DNA of 64,000 nucleotides from Tubiluchus corallicola. Its lineage: Eukaryota; Animalia; Priapulida. Positions 11,877 through 24,500 of the stretch are shown here, piece by piece. Location: the NCBI GenBank assembly GCA_030141605.1, contig JAQGDQ010000030.1, forward strand, positions 603,171-667,170. The letters are read 5' to 3'. The position numbers and the translations under genes are program-made. Every line of letters begins with the position of its first letter. Positions within the stretch are counted from its first letter, which is position 1. The notes under the pieces are model-generated. The model was not told the DNA's origin. It did not search any database and saw only the letters and a list, made by a program, of their open reading frames with translations.

Positions 11877-14800
11877 CATCAGTAGGTTAAGGAGGTCAGT
11901 GCTTAAACCAATTCTTTCAGTTGTGCGGAATGAGTTTTTGAGATTGCAATAGATATTAATTTGTAAAATCATTTTGCATGTTCCTTTCATAAGTTTTCCA
12001 CTTCTAAAGTCTTATCAATATTGTATTTGATATGGTAAATAGAGATTAGCATTTGCACGAAATAGTTGAATGTGCATACTGTAAAACATATAACAGAAAA
12101 AATGCTAATTTCAAAAAGAATAAGTCTGTAAACTAAAACTGTCGACTGCAATAAGGATGCTTGTGCAGCGTCTATGTCAAAACAATTGTAATTTTGACTA
12201 CCATGGTGTGTTAATTTGCCTTACTTGTGTGTATGAAAATTACATTAAATCCATAACTATTACTGCCAGTCATTGCAGTCCCATTTTTACCCTTTAAATA
12301 TGTTAGTTCAGTTCTTGGCTATTAAGGCATAATGTTTTGAAATAGCTGTTTAAGTTTTACGTTGTATACGGTCAACCTGCACTCAAGTTTGATCTCGTTT
12401 TACCTCTCTTTAAGGGCTACATTCACTGGCAATGCAAATATAAGCTACATATTGAGCAGCATCTTATTAATCAGTCCATAAAGGGTTAATCAGGTTATAT
12501 AAATGGCAGAAAATAAACCAATTATCTGTTTATTGCAATATAATAAAAAGGAATGCTGTGCCATTACTATTTAAATTGCACTAAAAATGTGAATCGATTT
12601 TGGTTTATTAGCACTAGTTTTTTAATTTAAATTTAAACAAATGTTTCTGGAAATATGAAGCAACACAATCAAGAAGCAGTCGGGGCTCTGACTGCTACTT
12701 ATAATATATTTACATTTGTAAGCATATGCAAATTTTGACTGCATACTTAAAGCAATACAATACGTCTTGTCCGTCCATTTGAATCAAGCTTATCATTGTT
12801 CTTGGCTAGTTAACTGTTTGCAAGTTCTTGACTAAATAAATTGTAAATGAAATAAATGCACAGGTGTATTTTCTGTAACCATTTGTGTTAAGTGAAATTT
12901 AATTGTTTGTCATTCATTCCTTCTTATATTTTTACTAAATTTATAATTCAATTTATAAATGTCTTTCCATTGTTGTGATACTGCTGAATCTCTTAAATGT
13001 TATTTGTTCCATTCAGTATACTATTAAGAAGTTAATATACTTGTATGAGCATTAATGGGTGTTGTAGGTGGAATATAAGTTACATTCCTGTAGTTTGGAC
13101 ACTGTGCATTAGTATCCTGTATTGGAATTCTTGGAAACTTGTAATTTAATTAAAAAAATTCTTGAAAGAGGCATGAAAAGTCTTTAGTGTGGGAATACGA
13201 GTTAATTAGTGTAATGGTAGACTGTCCCATACATTATAAAGTACTGCTTTGCAGAAATTATTTTTTATAGTTGTACTTACAAAGGCTTATTTAAACATGG
13301 CAACAGTATTTTGTTGTAGAGTAAGTGTACAGTTTATAGTGTGTACACAAACCACTCTGTCAATCGTATGCCAAAGATGTTTAATTTTTGTGAGCATATT
13401 TTTGCTTTAGAGTAATGACATAAATGTTGTTTTGTATGTAATATTTTTATATCATTGTGTTTTTTTGTCATTTGCTTACAACTTATTTCAAAATTTTAAG
13501 TTTAATTATGTGTGAAGACATTTCTCGATAATATGTCGCTTACTTTCGTCTGGCCAAATTGTTTCCTTATTTGTAATACTGTAATTAAAAAATTGATTGT
13601 TCTGAAATGTTAAGATACTGCTACTAAATTTAAAAGCTTTAGCAAAACTTTAACAAACATTTCAAGTGAGAATGTAGTTGAGGTGTCATGCCACACATGC
13701 AGTTGCAATTGAACAGCTATTTGATTTTTAATATTCTCATAGCTTATCAAGAATCAGGAGTGCTAATTTGCTCACTGGAAATCACAGTGTGTCACATCAG
13801 TTGGCCTATATCGTTGAATAACCATGACACATATACAATTTTGTTTATTCAAATTAGTTGGGTGACTACAGTTGTTTGTGTGTCAAAGGCTCAACAGAAA
13901 TGTCTAGATACTTGATAAAGAATATAAAGACTAAGTAGCCGGTCTTTCCATTTATTTAGATGTTGTGATGAATTTATATTAAAACTTGCAAATTTTAGCA
14001 TAGATATAAGTGTTTATAAGTATTTGTAGTTACTGTTTACTGTTTTATGGCCTGTGAGCTATTATTATTTATTAAAATAAAGATATTTTGATTATTTCCA
14101 ACTACTGAATTTACCATGTTTTCTGAGTTTCTTAATCGTCACTGGTCACAACATATAACTCAGGGAGGCAGTGAAAATAGTAACTATTTGCATTGTGATG
14201 AATATTGTGGTGTTTTTCATGCTGATGCGGGATATTTTAGCAGAAGTGATATCTAAAATTTGTCAGTTCTTTATTGTTTTCCTATCCAAAAAGTATTTAT
14301 GCCCTTGAAAAGCCTTATATTTGTGATAAATGCTTCCATAAATGGAAAGAATGATTTTTTTTCATTTATCAGTTCTGTGAAACTGCACTGTGCCCAGTTG
14401 GCATTTTTGGTTGTGAGAATATCTGATGTCAAATCATTGGGTTTTGGTTGGAAGTTTTTACATGTATCGTGATGTTGCCACTAGTTCTTACAAAGTCTGC
14501 TGACCATACGTTCTACAATGTATCGTCTTCTGATCTAAACACGTCTATTGGATATCAGACACTAAATAGTGTAAACTGCGTTATCCTAACGTTGACTAAA
14601 TATTAGAATTTGATGTTGTAGTTTCGGTTGCATTTCGTGGCTGATGGAGTCCAGCGTCTGTCTGATTCTATACCATAGACATCAGATGTCCACTTGTGTG
14701 AGGTTCCATGCAATTACTAACAGCAATGTTAGCCTTCAAATAACATGCCTATTTTGATCAAAGCCATCAGTTTTGTCTTTTATAGCCATTTGTGTCATGA

Positions 14801-15568
14801 GTTCTATCTTTAAGCCATTCGAGTCACTATTAAACTTATCATTTTCTTATATTTTAATTCTATAATTTTTTCTTTTTACGGTAGCATGGTTTTTTATGCT
14901 CTTTGTAGATGTATAGATTTGTAGATGTGTAGTATGTATGCGGGCAGAAAAAAGTATATTCAGGCAACTAGCTGTCCATTTGAATCATAAGTTTTCTGAT
15001 TTATTGGATGGAATATTCAAATGAACGCCCGCAATATTCTGCATTGTTTGAAGCAGATATAGTTGAGTACTCTGTGCGCATCCTTTTTTATGTCTGTCTA
15101 TTCGAGTATTTTTATTTATATCTCCAAATTCTTTGAAGCTAGCTAATCAAATTTGGTTTTATAAGTGGTACTGGTATACGTGGATATTCTCATTTGAAAA
15201 TATACGAAATGCACAAAACATGAAAAATTTCCTGAATAAATGGCATTTATATTAGTATTCTTTAAAAGGCACATCTTGTATATAAACAAATATTTGACTT
15301 TGGACACTAGAACTACAAAAACTAAGTATACATTCACAAATAATACTGATCAACAGCATTAGTACTTTGTGAAATATTAAATAATAATCTGATTAGTAGT
15401 GCTAGAATACCTAACGAATTGGAGCAATATGAGATATGAGTTACAGTAGCATAGGAATATTGTCAGCACTTTACTTCCTTTGTGAAAAAACCGTATTGAA
15501 ACACAAATTGAAGATATAGATTTTGTTTAGTTACTTTCATCAAATACGCTAACTGGGTTCAAATTTGG

Positions 15569-18500
15569 TTAAACGGGTTCTGTCTCCTGTGGTTTTTCCT
15601 TTTTTCCGAGTTTCCAAGTTCCAAACCAGACTGTAGTTAAAGTGCTACTTCTCCGTTTTGGTGAGCCATGGTGTCCTCCAGACTGTGAGTGACTTCCTGT
15701 TCCACTTGTACTAGAAGATATGTCGATCCTTCTTCTCTTTCCAAGTGCTTTCGGTGAGCAAGTTGATAATAGTGCCCACCAGGCGGCCCGCGCTTCTTTG
15801 TGATAGATACACCGGATAAAGAAGATCAGGAAGCCCTGGAGCGAATTAAGAATGCAGAATACATAAGCAAATACTACCCGGCCGGGACCGAAGGCGAATG
15901 CGCCGAAAAGCCATGTCACCCCGAGCAGCGTCATTACGGTAAATGCCCCTCTGATCTGTGCTGCCGTCACCCCACTGTCCCGGTCTGATTTGCCCTGATG
16001 CGGTGCTTCGAAAAGTACAAACGACACACGGACGAAGATGACGAGATTTATTAGTAGCATGAGACAAGCTGGCATCAGAAATGCAAAATAGTATGACCAG
16101 GAGTTGTACGGTGACATGCGACAGCTGAAACAAGATGGAATATTAACGAACATTTAATGCGTGTTTCTGTTTGATAAATATTAAAAAGCAAACAAGCAAA
16201 TACAATAAACAATAATGGATATCTTCATTTAACTCCTTCAGGACTGCACCACTCAAAATAGGTCTTATAAGTACTTTTCTGCTGCTGTATGAACACAGAC
16301 ATTACTAAATGATTATAAATTAGGTACTGTTCTATTCAGGAGAATCTCGGCATACAATCGTGTTATTTGTTTAAACATTTATAAGCGATTTGATTCGGTA
16401 AAATTGAGAGAAACACACCCTCTCACCTACTCCAATTTAGCCTATCAGGTAGCTTACTGTAGTTCACCTGTACATCGCCTGCTAGCTACAGCCAAAGAGA
16501 ACTGTCTGCTGTATAGTGTTCAGCTGCTATTCCAGGAAAAACAAACCGATCAGCCAGAGGCAAATTAAGGTCGTCTCATATTTTAACAAGAATTTCTCCA
16601 TAAAAATAGAGTAGACTTGAGACCAAGATTTATCAGAGTGTTGTGTCTGGATTGTGCATTAGCCAAATTCACACAAGTGATACTATACATTGTTATGGTG
16701 CAAACACTGTAGTTACTGAAATCTTTTTCTTCATTTTTTTGTCAAAAATCGATTTTTAATTTGTCTAAGGTAAACAAATGCATTTCATATATAATTTTGC
16801 ATGCAAGCCTATTGTGTGAAGAGTAGAAACCTACAAAAACTATTATATATAATGTAAGTATTGCTTAGGAGCATTGCCATTCTAACCTTATCAGGCTAAG
16901 TTGATAGCTTGTATGTAGCATTCTGAATATTGTGAAGATATGAGTGATGGTATTAATAAAAAATCAAGTGCTTATTTTTACTTACTAGCTGTCATCCTCA
17001 TAGTAGTAATGGCTAACATCCACTGATAGTGTGACTATGACTATAATGGCTGGGACTCCTAAAACAGAAGATTTTCAGTTTACTTTGACATCAGTCATTT
17101 CGTCTGACACATGAATGAAAATAAATCATATTGCTTAACTTATGACTCCTGATACTGATAGTGACTATAACTATAATGGCCAGAGCTTCCAAAACAGAAG
17201 ATTTCCACTTTTACTCTGACATTCAGTCATTTCATCTGACACATGAACGTATGACAAAATAAATCACACTGCTTAACTTATGACTCCTAGTAAGACTATC
17301 AGTACTACTTTTGGGTGATTGTCAGATACGGCTTGCTTACCCCATGCTGCAATCATTCGTCTGATCAGAAAGTATGCCTCATGATCTCTGAAGACACGGA
17401 TGACCATCTTGTACATATATATGGCTTCTACGCACATCCATGTCAATGTGGTTAGTACAAAGTAGTGAAGAAACACGGCAATGGCAATGCACACGTTTTT
17501 GCGGTAATCTCTTTGTGAACCGAACAGGAATGCAACGTTCATCAGTAACATGGACATGCACAAGTTTAGCAAGAGCTTAGTTGACCTTTCCCGACTGAGG
17601 TGCCTGAATAAAAAAAGCACAAAAAAAATAAAATAAACTGAAATATAGCACTGACAATCTGGAACTCATTAGCAATATTGTTGGTCACAAGGCTTATTAG
17701 AGAGTTGCTGTGTCATTTTAATTGAATTTTAAAAAGTATAGTGTCAGCATTTTAATTGTCTTTAACTTATTCTTAGCAAAATCTTCGACAAAGCACCTGT
17801 TGGGTTTCTGACTTTGGAACTTGTGGGTTTTCATATTACATAATTGTTTGGTCAAATCATGAGTTTGAATCACGCCGTGGTCGTGCCTTTGGTTTAAACT
17901 GCATTATATCTTGCAGTGTGATGCTTTCAGACATTGCTTATAATATTGATTAAATAATGGTGAAATTTTAAACTGCAATAATATTTTACTTTTTTGCAGT
18001 CGATATTTAATGAGTTGTTTCACTAATTAAAGAATTTATTTACATTGTTCACATTGCAATGTTGTATTTTTCGCTGAATATTCAAATGAAAATAGCCAAA
18101 AATTTTCCGAAGATATGCTGGCTATTAACATTTCTCCACCAAGATGGATTTATGTGAGATGCATTGAAGATTTCCTTTAGTGTAATTAAAGTTAATGTTT
18201 CTTACCTAAATATGGCATATGTGAGAAGGGTCAGTATCAGTCCTATAATTGATAAGATGCAACCAACAAAAGAGATGATAAACAAGGCTTCCACATGTTC
18301 ATCTGATATCACTTCATGAGGAGAGACCTCCTGGATAGCATAAATAAGAATCAGACATCAAGGAAAAAGAGAAATGGACAATTTAATACACAAAAACACA
18401 GCTTCATCTTGTGATCAAAGGTCTGCTACATGTACAGACATGTTGGATTGTGCTTAGATGATATGCATGTACTTTCAGCATTGAATCTTTGAATCCTTGT

Positions 18501-21500
18501 TTTAATGCAATTTATTTTATATAGATATTATAATTTCACTTAAGATACACAGTGAAGCCATTTCAGTACACGACCTAGTCTTTTCTGAAAAATGATGCAT
18601 ATGTAATGACTTTTCAAGTTGGAGCAAATGAACTTACAAAGAGTATGGTGAAGCCTGTCAGATGGTTTGAGTGGCATATAGTGACGTTATCTTTCTGTAT
18701 TGTAGTTATTCCATAAGTGTCCCATCTGCTGCCCGACTCATTCCAGTAAGCACATATGAATTGTCCTTTCCACTAAATTAAGATGATTTCTCATTATCAT
18801 GTTACAGTCAATGAAGCCAATGTTAATTTACAAATGGCACAAAAATACAGCTGTTGATTTATTTGATAACAGGAGCAAGTAATAATGATAATAGCGAACA
18901 AACTATTAATGGTAAGTGTAAGATAACAGGTAACTTTCAAAGTAGCAAACAGCAACAATGATAATGTGCAACAGTAATAGCTATATTATTAGTACAAGAA
19001 TCTACAGCATAACAATAACATCAGCAAAATTTAAAAATACTGCTCAAAATAAAAGCGTCAAAAGTAGTCACAGCAGCAGTTTAGTAGACTATACTACAAT
19101 ACTTACTAACCTCAGGAATGGGAATAACGTAAACAACTGGTTCCGAGAGATTATGTACTGTTACATCTTTGATTTTTGCTGTAATTACCGGCATGTTCGA
19201 AGTGAAATCATTATCTTTGCTAAGGAACAGTTTGGAGTTTTGATAGGTGGCAAACTGAAGTCTAATAGTGCTGGATGATGGAGCATTTAGCTGTTTCCTT
19301 GCTTTGTTGATTGCCTCATCTGGTAAGGTAATTGACATCTAGAAAAACAAATTCATGGGTTTATATTCAATCTGTTTTTGACAATGCTAACAGTATTTTA
19401 ACAATGCACGCAGTAGTGAAGCTTGAAATATGCTATTAGTATGTACAAAAGAAGTAAAGCCCGACTCACTTCATCTTCTAATAAGGTGGTAGTAGTGTCA
19501 AACTGTGGCTTGTACATCACAGGCGATACTTCTTTTTCTAAAGTTGTCTCTATTTCTATAATTTTCACATGCATATTTCTAGTGGAAACCTCAATGTTCG
19601 TATCTCCGTCGGGTATCATAACTTCTGATGAGTATTTGTCGACAAAAGATCGCAGCTGAACTCCAACTCGCTCAAAGCTTTTCTCTCTGAAGGTGGTGGC
19701 ATTAAGGTCAAGCGTGTCACTGATGATTTCAAACACTGACCTGGCAACCTGTGTGGCAAATAGACGTTGCAGTGACACTATATTATTTTTCTAAAAACAG
19801 GGTCTCTGCTTCGTTAGAATTTGATATGAATCTAGTTTTTACCTAAATCTTCTAGGCACATTTGCTGTAGGCAAAGTTGGCCTGTATTTAGGACTATGCT
19901 TATGAAGATTCATAAATTCAGGTAAAAGTTATGCTGTTTTCATTACCGACCAGAATTCTGTTTGAAGTCCATAAAGAAATACCATTTGCCATGTTTTCGT
20001 CTGCTTATTGGCATGTGATTTATTGTTTTTAGATTTAGTCAACAAATTAGTGGAGAACACCCTTTGCAAAGGTTCATAATTTCGGGGTTTTAAATTTTAT
20101 ACCTTGAGCAGTAAAACTTAGATTTCTGCCTTATATTTTGCACAGCACTTAGTATTTTAAATAAATACCTTGCTGTTGTTTACTGCAGTGTTTAGTATCT
20201 CATCATAAGTAATTTCTGTTGTATTTACAGATTCAGCAGGTGTCTGTAGAGCCTTGGTTATCCAAACATACATGTCATTAGCATCTTTTGTGGCGTCTGT
20301 GCTTGGTAATGTCTGTGAAAACATAGAAAAAACTTAAATTGGGAAAGCAGTGTTTGTGTCCGTCCCTTTTGTATAAGAAAAACTATTCTTTTACTCTTAT
20401 AACAATGAAAGCTTCTTCGACAAGGTTAAACAGACCTATCTTGTACCTAGAGTGGTCAGATGCAAAAACACAAAATCAGGATCAAACAGCTAAGTACGTC
20501 CAGAATCAGTGCTGTAAGTTTCTAAAAAGTGATCTGGTCACAAGTATAATTTTACTACATTTTCGCCCATTTTGCTGACCTTTCACTTATACTTGCAAAC
20601 CACTTTATGATAATAGTAAAGAAGACTTATTGGAAGATTTATAAACACTTAGAATCATCATTATAAACTCACTATAACCTCGAAGCATATCACGTTGCTA
20701 ATTTAGATTAATGTAGGTCCTATAAGTTTGAAAGTGGCTTTGTTTATATGTGACAACTTAGAAAAAAACTGGATATCTGGCAACCCTACTTGTAGCTGTA
20801 ATGTGTAATTCAATTAAAAGTTTACCTCATTGTTAGTTGTATTGTTATCATAAGCACATCGGGGCAGAAAATGTCCACGTTGTTGGGCACGAAAGGTAAT
20901 TTTTCCACCAACATATCTTCTACCTGTGGCTGCTGTGCGACACTTTTCTGAAAAGATTAAGAATTATAATCCCTAAATGAGGGCATTGATATTAGTTCAT
21001 TCTTCAGTGCTTATAGATAATGTTATGTTATAGACTGGTACATTGCTTTGTAATTAACAAACAGAAGAAGTTCATTCTTGTTCAACTGTGTAATAATTTC
21101 GTTTACCAGTACAATCGGTCGTTTATGTTATTTGTAAATGTGCATTTCTTTGTTAACAGGTGACAGGTGAAATAAACCGGAGCCACTTATTCTTCAGAGT
21201 AGTTGGCACCTATTTAATCTCTTACTCAGATTTACTGTGGATTTTTTAAATGAGTCATTATGCAAAACTTGATTTGGGTTTTTTTGTTAAGTCAGCATAC
21301 TTCAGACTCTTTATGGTTTATTTAAAATCAACAGACTAAAAGCACTTATACTGACCTTATGTATAAATAAAAATACACAATTATTCTTATTCAAAATGTT
21401 TGTAATTAGAGTAGAGAAACTGAGAAAAAAGGGGTATCTACATATCTGGTATAATAAAAATAATAAACTGTGGGACAAAAATATCTCTGGCTTTAGGAGA

Positions 21501-24500
21501 GAGTTGCTGTTACTTGACAAAACAGCTCTCAGTGAATAAGATAATCACCCGTGAAGATAATCTTTAATGTTATCAAATCAGCTTCATACTTTTGGAGTGT
21601 CATGCAGCCTCAGCAACATAAAACACATCTACAACTTTCCACTCTGTCCATACCTAAAATGGTTAACACAGGCTAAGGGGTAATAAGAGCACACTACACA
21701 AAACAGCATACACCAGTTAGATTTGAAGAAAGAGTATATACCTTCGCAATGGCGACCTTGGTATCCAACCTTGCACGTGCATTTGTAATCATTGTAACCA
21801 TTGCTGCAGGTGCCTCCGTGAAGACATGGAGATGCTAGGCACACATTGACTCTAGTCTCACACAGCTTTCCCCTATACTTTATTCCACAATCACATATGT
21901 ATCCATCAACTGTGACGGTACATGATCCGTGTAGACAAGGAGATGACTCACAAACTATGGAAAAGTCATTTTTGAAAAATAAAATTTGAATTTGATGAAA
22001 GTTTGATGAATTCTGTTAAATTTCGTAAGTTTAGTGCTTTAAGAGATAGTAATAGAGCATTTGTTGCTTGCAAACTAACAAAGAAGAAAGTTAGAAGTCT
22101 ATGCTTTGAAGATATTTAAGGTTGCAGAAATAGCCTTTTCACTTTAGCCCATTTATAAAATTTCTCATTTTTAACTATGAACTTATTTTTTCAGTTTTTC
22201 TTCAAGACCCGGTTAAGCCCTGACACCATTACTTACAGTTTTCGAAAGTAATAAACTTGACCTTGGCAGCGATTCCTTGTATACCGCCAGCATCGTACCC
22301 ACTCACAGATATCCCATACGATTCTCTAGGCTGAAGATCCATGACATTAACACAGATGTTCTTGCCAAATGGACCTGTGTAGTCTAGAGTGTACTTCATT
22401 GATGGATTTAAATCAAACCAGTAAGACAGCTTGTAGTACGACACAAGATGGCCGCTGCGAGGACTCCTCCAGCAGACTTTGGCACTAATAGCAGCTGCTT
22501 CTACACGCAAGTTCTGTGGTGCATCAAGATCCGTTACTGTAATCTCGATAGCTGCTCCATCCATTCCTGGTGGAGTTCCACCATCTTCTGCAATGACTGA
22601 TGCCATATAATTGGTCTGTTGTGGATTAAACTGTCTCCTCAGCAACACTGCTCCAGTTTGACGATTCACAGCAAAATATTCATAGTCATCGACCTCATTT
22701 AGCTTATACTTAATTTGTCTGTTTGCTTCCACAACGTCTTCATCTTCAGCTTGCACTGTGAGTAATGTGGTCCCAATTTGGGTACTCCTGTGGATTAGAA
22801 CTTTATATATTTTCTTTGAAAATACTGGAGGAAATTCATTATACTGTCTAACTGTAATGACAATTATCTTTGTGACAGAACCACCTGTTCTTGAGCTGGC
22901 AAGTACAGTTAAGGAGTACGTATAACCTAAAGGAGCAGTTATAATTCTGTTTGTTGTAATCTCGCCAGTGACTGCATCAATTTTAAACACACCATCATTT
23001 CTACTGTCTTTCTTTGTGCCAGTGCCTGGAAGGAGATCGTATGAGATAACAGCATTAGGTGAGTTGTCCTCTACTGCTTTTACAGACATGACTGGTGTGT
23101 CAGCTGGTGCATTTTGATAGATTAGTCCTTCTGTTAGTCCAGGCTTGTGAAAATATAATGAACCTGAAAGACACTATTTTTGTAGAAAATACTATAGAAT
23201 TATTAATGCAAAACACATAATTATACCAGCTCGAAGTATTCACATTCAGAGTCTGGGCCACGACATCAGTTTTGGTAATATTTTGTTATTAGTTGTCTGA
23301 TAATAAATCAGGATGATAACTTGCTATTTTTGAACTTTGCACATTGCTAATGCTTAGGATGATGTTAAAGGAAAACCTGACCCATTCTTAAACTATAGCT
23401 CAAAACAATCTACCCAGAGCACAGCAGTAATTTGAATCTTAAATTTAAAATTTGCAGAAATTTTGTATATCACACTGAATATTGATACAGTAGCACTGTA
23501 CGTCAATTTTCACTTTGCAAACACATGCATCACACTTGTAGAATATTTGTACTGTTGAAAATTATCTTCAGTTGCGACGTCATCATTAGTTGGGCTCACA
23601 CGTCATTAATTAAATTTTTAACATATTATTATTTATCAGAAACACTTTGGCATTATTAGAGGTGTTAAAATATATACTTTTTATCGTACTTCAAAATGGG
23701 GTAATACCTGAAAAATCATCCCGTTTTCCTTAGATTTCAATATTTTGGAAAGAGCAATTTTTAAAAGCAAGTTTGCTAATACATGTATATAACTTCTTAT
23801 AAAATACTGTTTTAAAGCAGGAGAAAGTATTAGCTAATAATGTTTCTTTTTTTAATTAATGCACCATTTCTGTGCATAAAGTACTATACTCATAAAGCAT
23901 TTAGCAAGCATATGTTGTTGTCTCCATTAAGTCATAAGAGCTGATGTAGGCCTAGTTTCACACAGTACCATACTATGTAACTGCGATTTTTAAATCCACT
24001 AGCTCTATATGCCAGAAGGGAAACAGGATTAACTGTGAAATGTCGATTTTATAGTAGATATGCATAGCAGACTAAGGTTCATGATCCTCAGACCCAGGGT
24101 AGGAAAAGCCTGGTTTAAATCAAATGAGCTAGCTCTGGCTTCAACCTTTCAGTTCTGTCGTTAAACTTAGATTAACAGCGCCATCTACACTGGCAATAAT
24201 TTTCCACTCCTTGTTTACTGTAGAAATAACAGAGCTACACATATGTCACAAACTATTTATTGACCATAGATGTTTTACGAATGGGTTGTTTACACTTTCT
24301 AAACAGACATGACACCACAGACCAGATGTGATATAAAAATACCAGCCCTGGTCATACGGTGCACAGGGTGTGTCACGGGTATGATTAACGTATGTTGAAA
24401 AAACAAATTTTTGTCCTGTTTGGATTGACGCTTACAGTTTTTTATTATTAGATGGCGTCTGTGACTAAAATCACTGCCTGTTAATTGGGCTAAAATGTGT

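Noticed and set aside
14480-15340. Additional or alternative terminal coding exons of the aGPCR
   Set aside because: All frames after candidate acceptors close quickly, there is no recognisable motif, and the exon ending at 15569 has an in-frame TAA.
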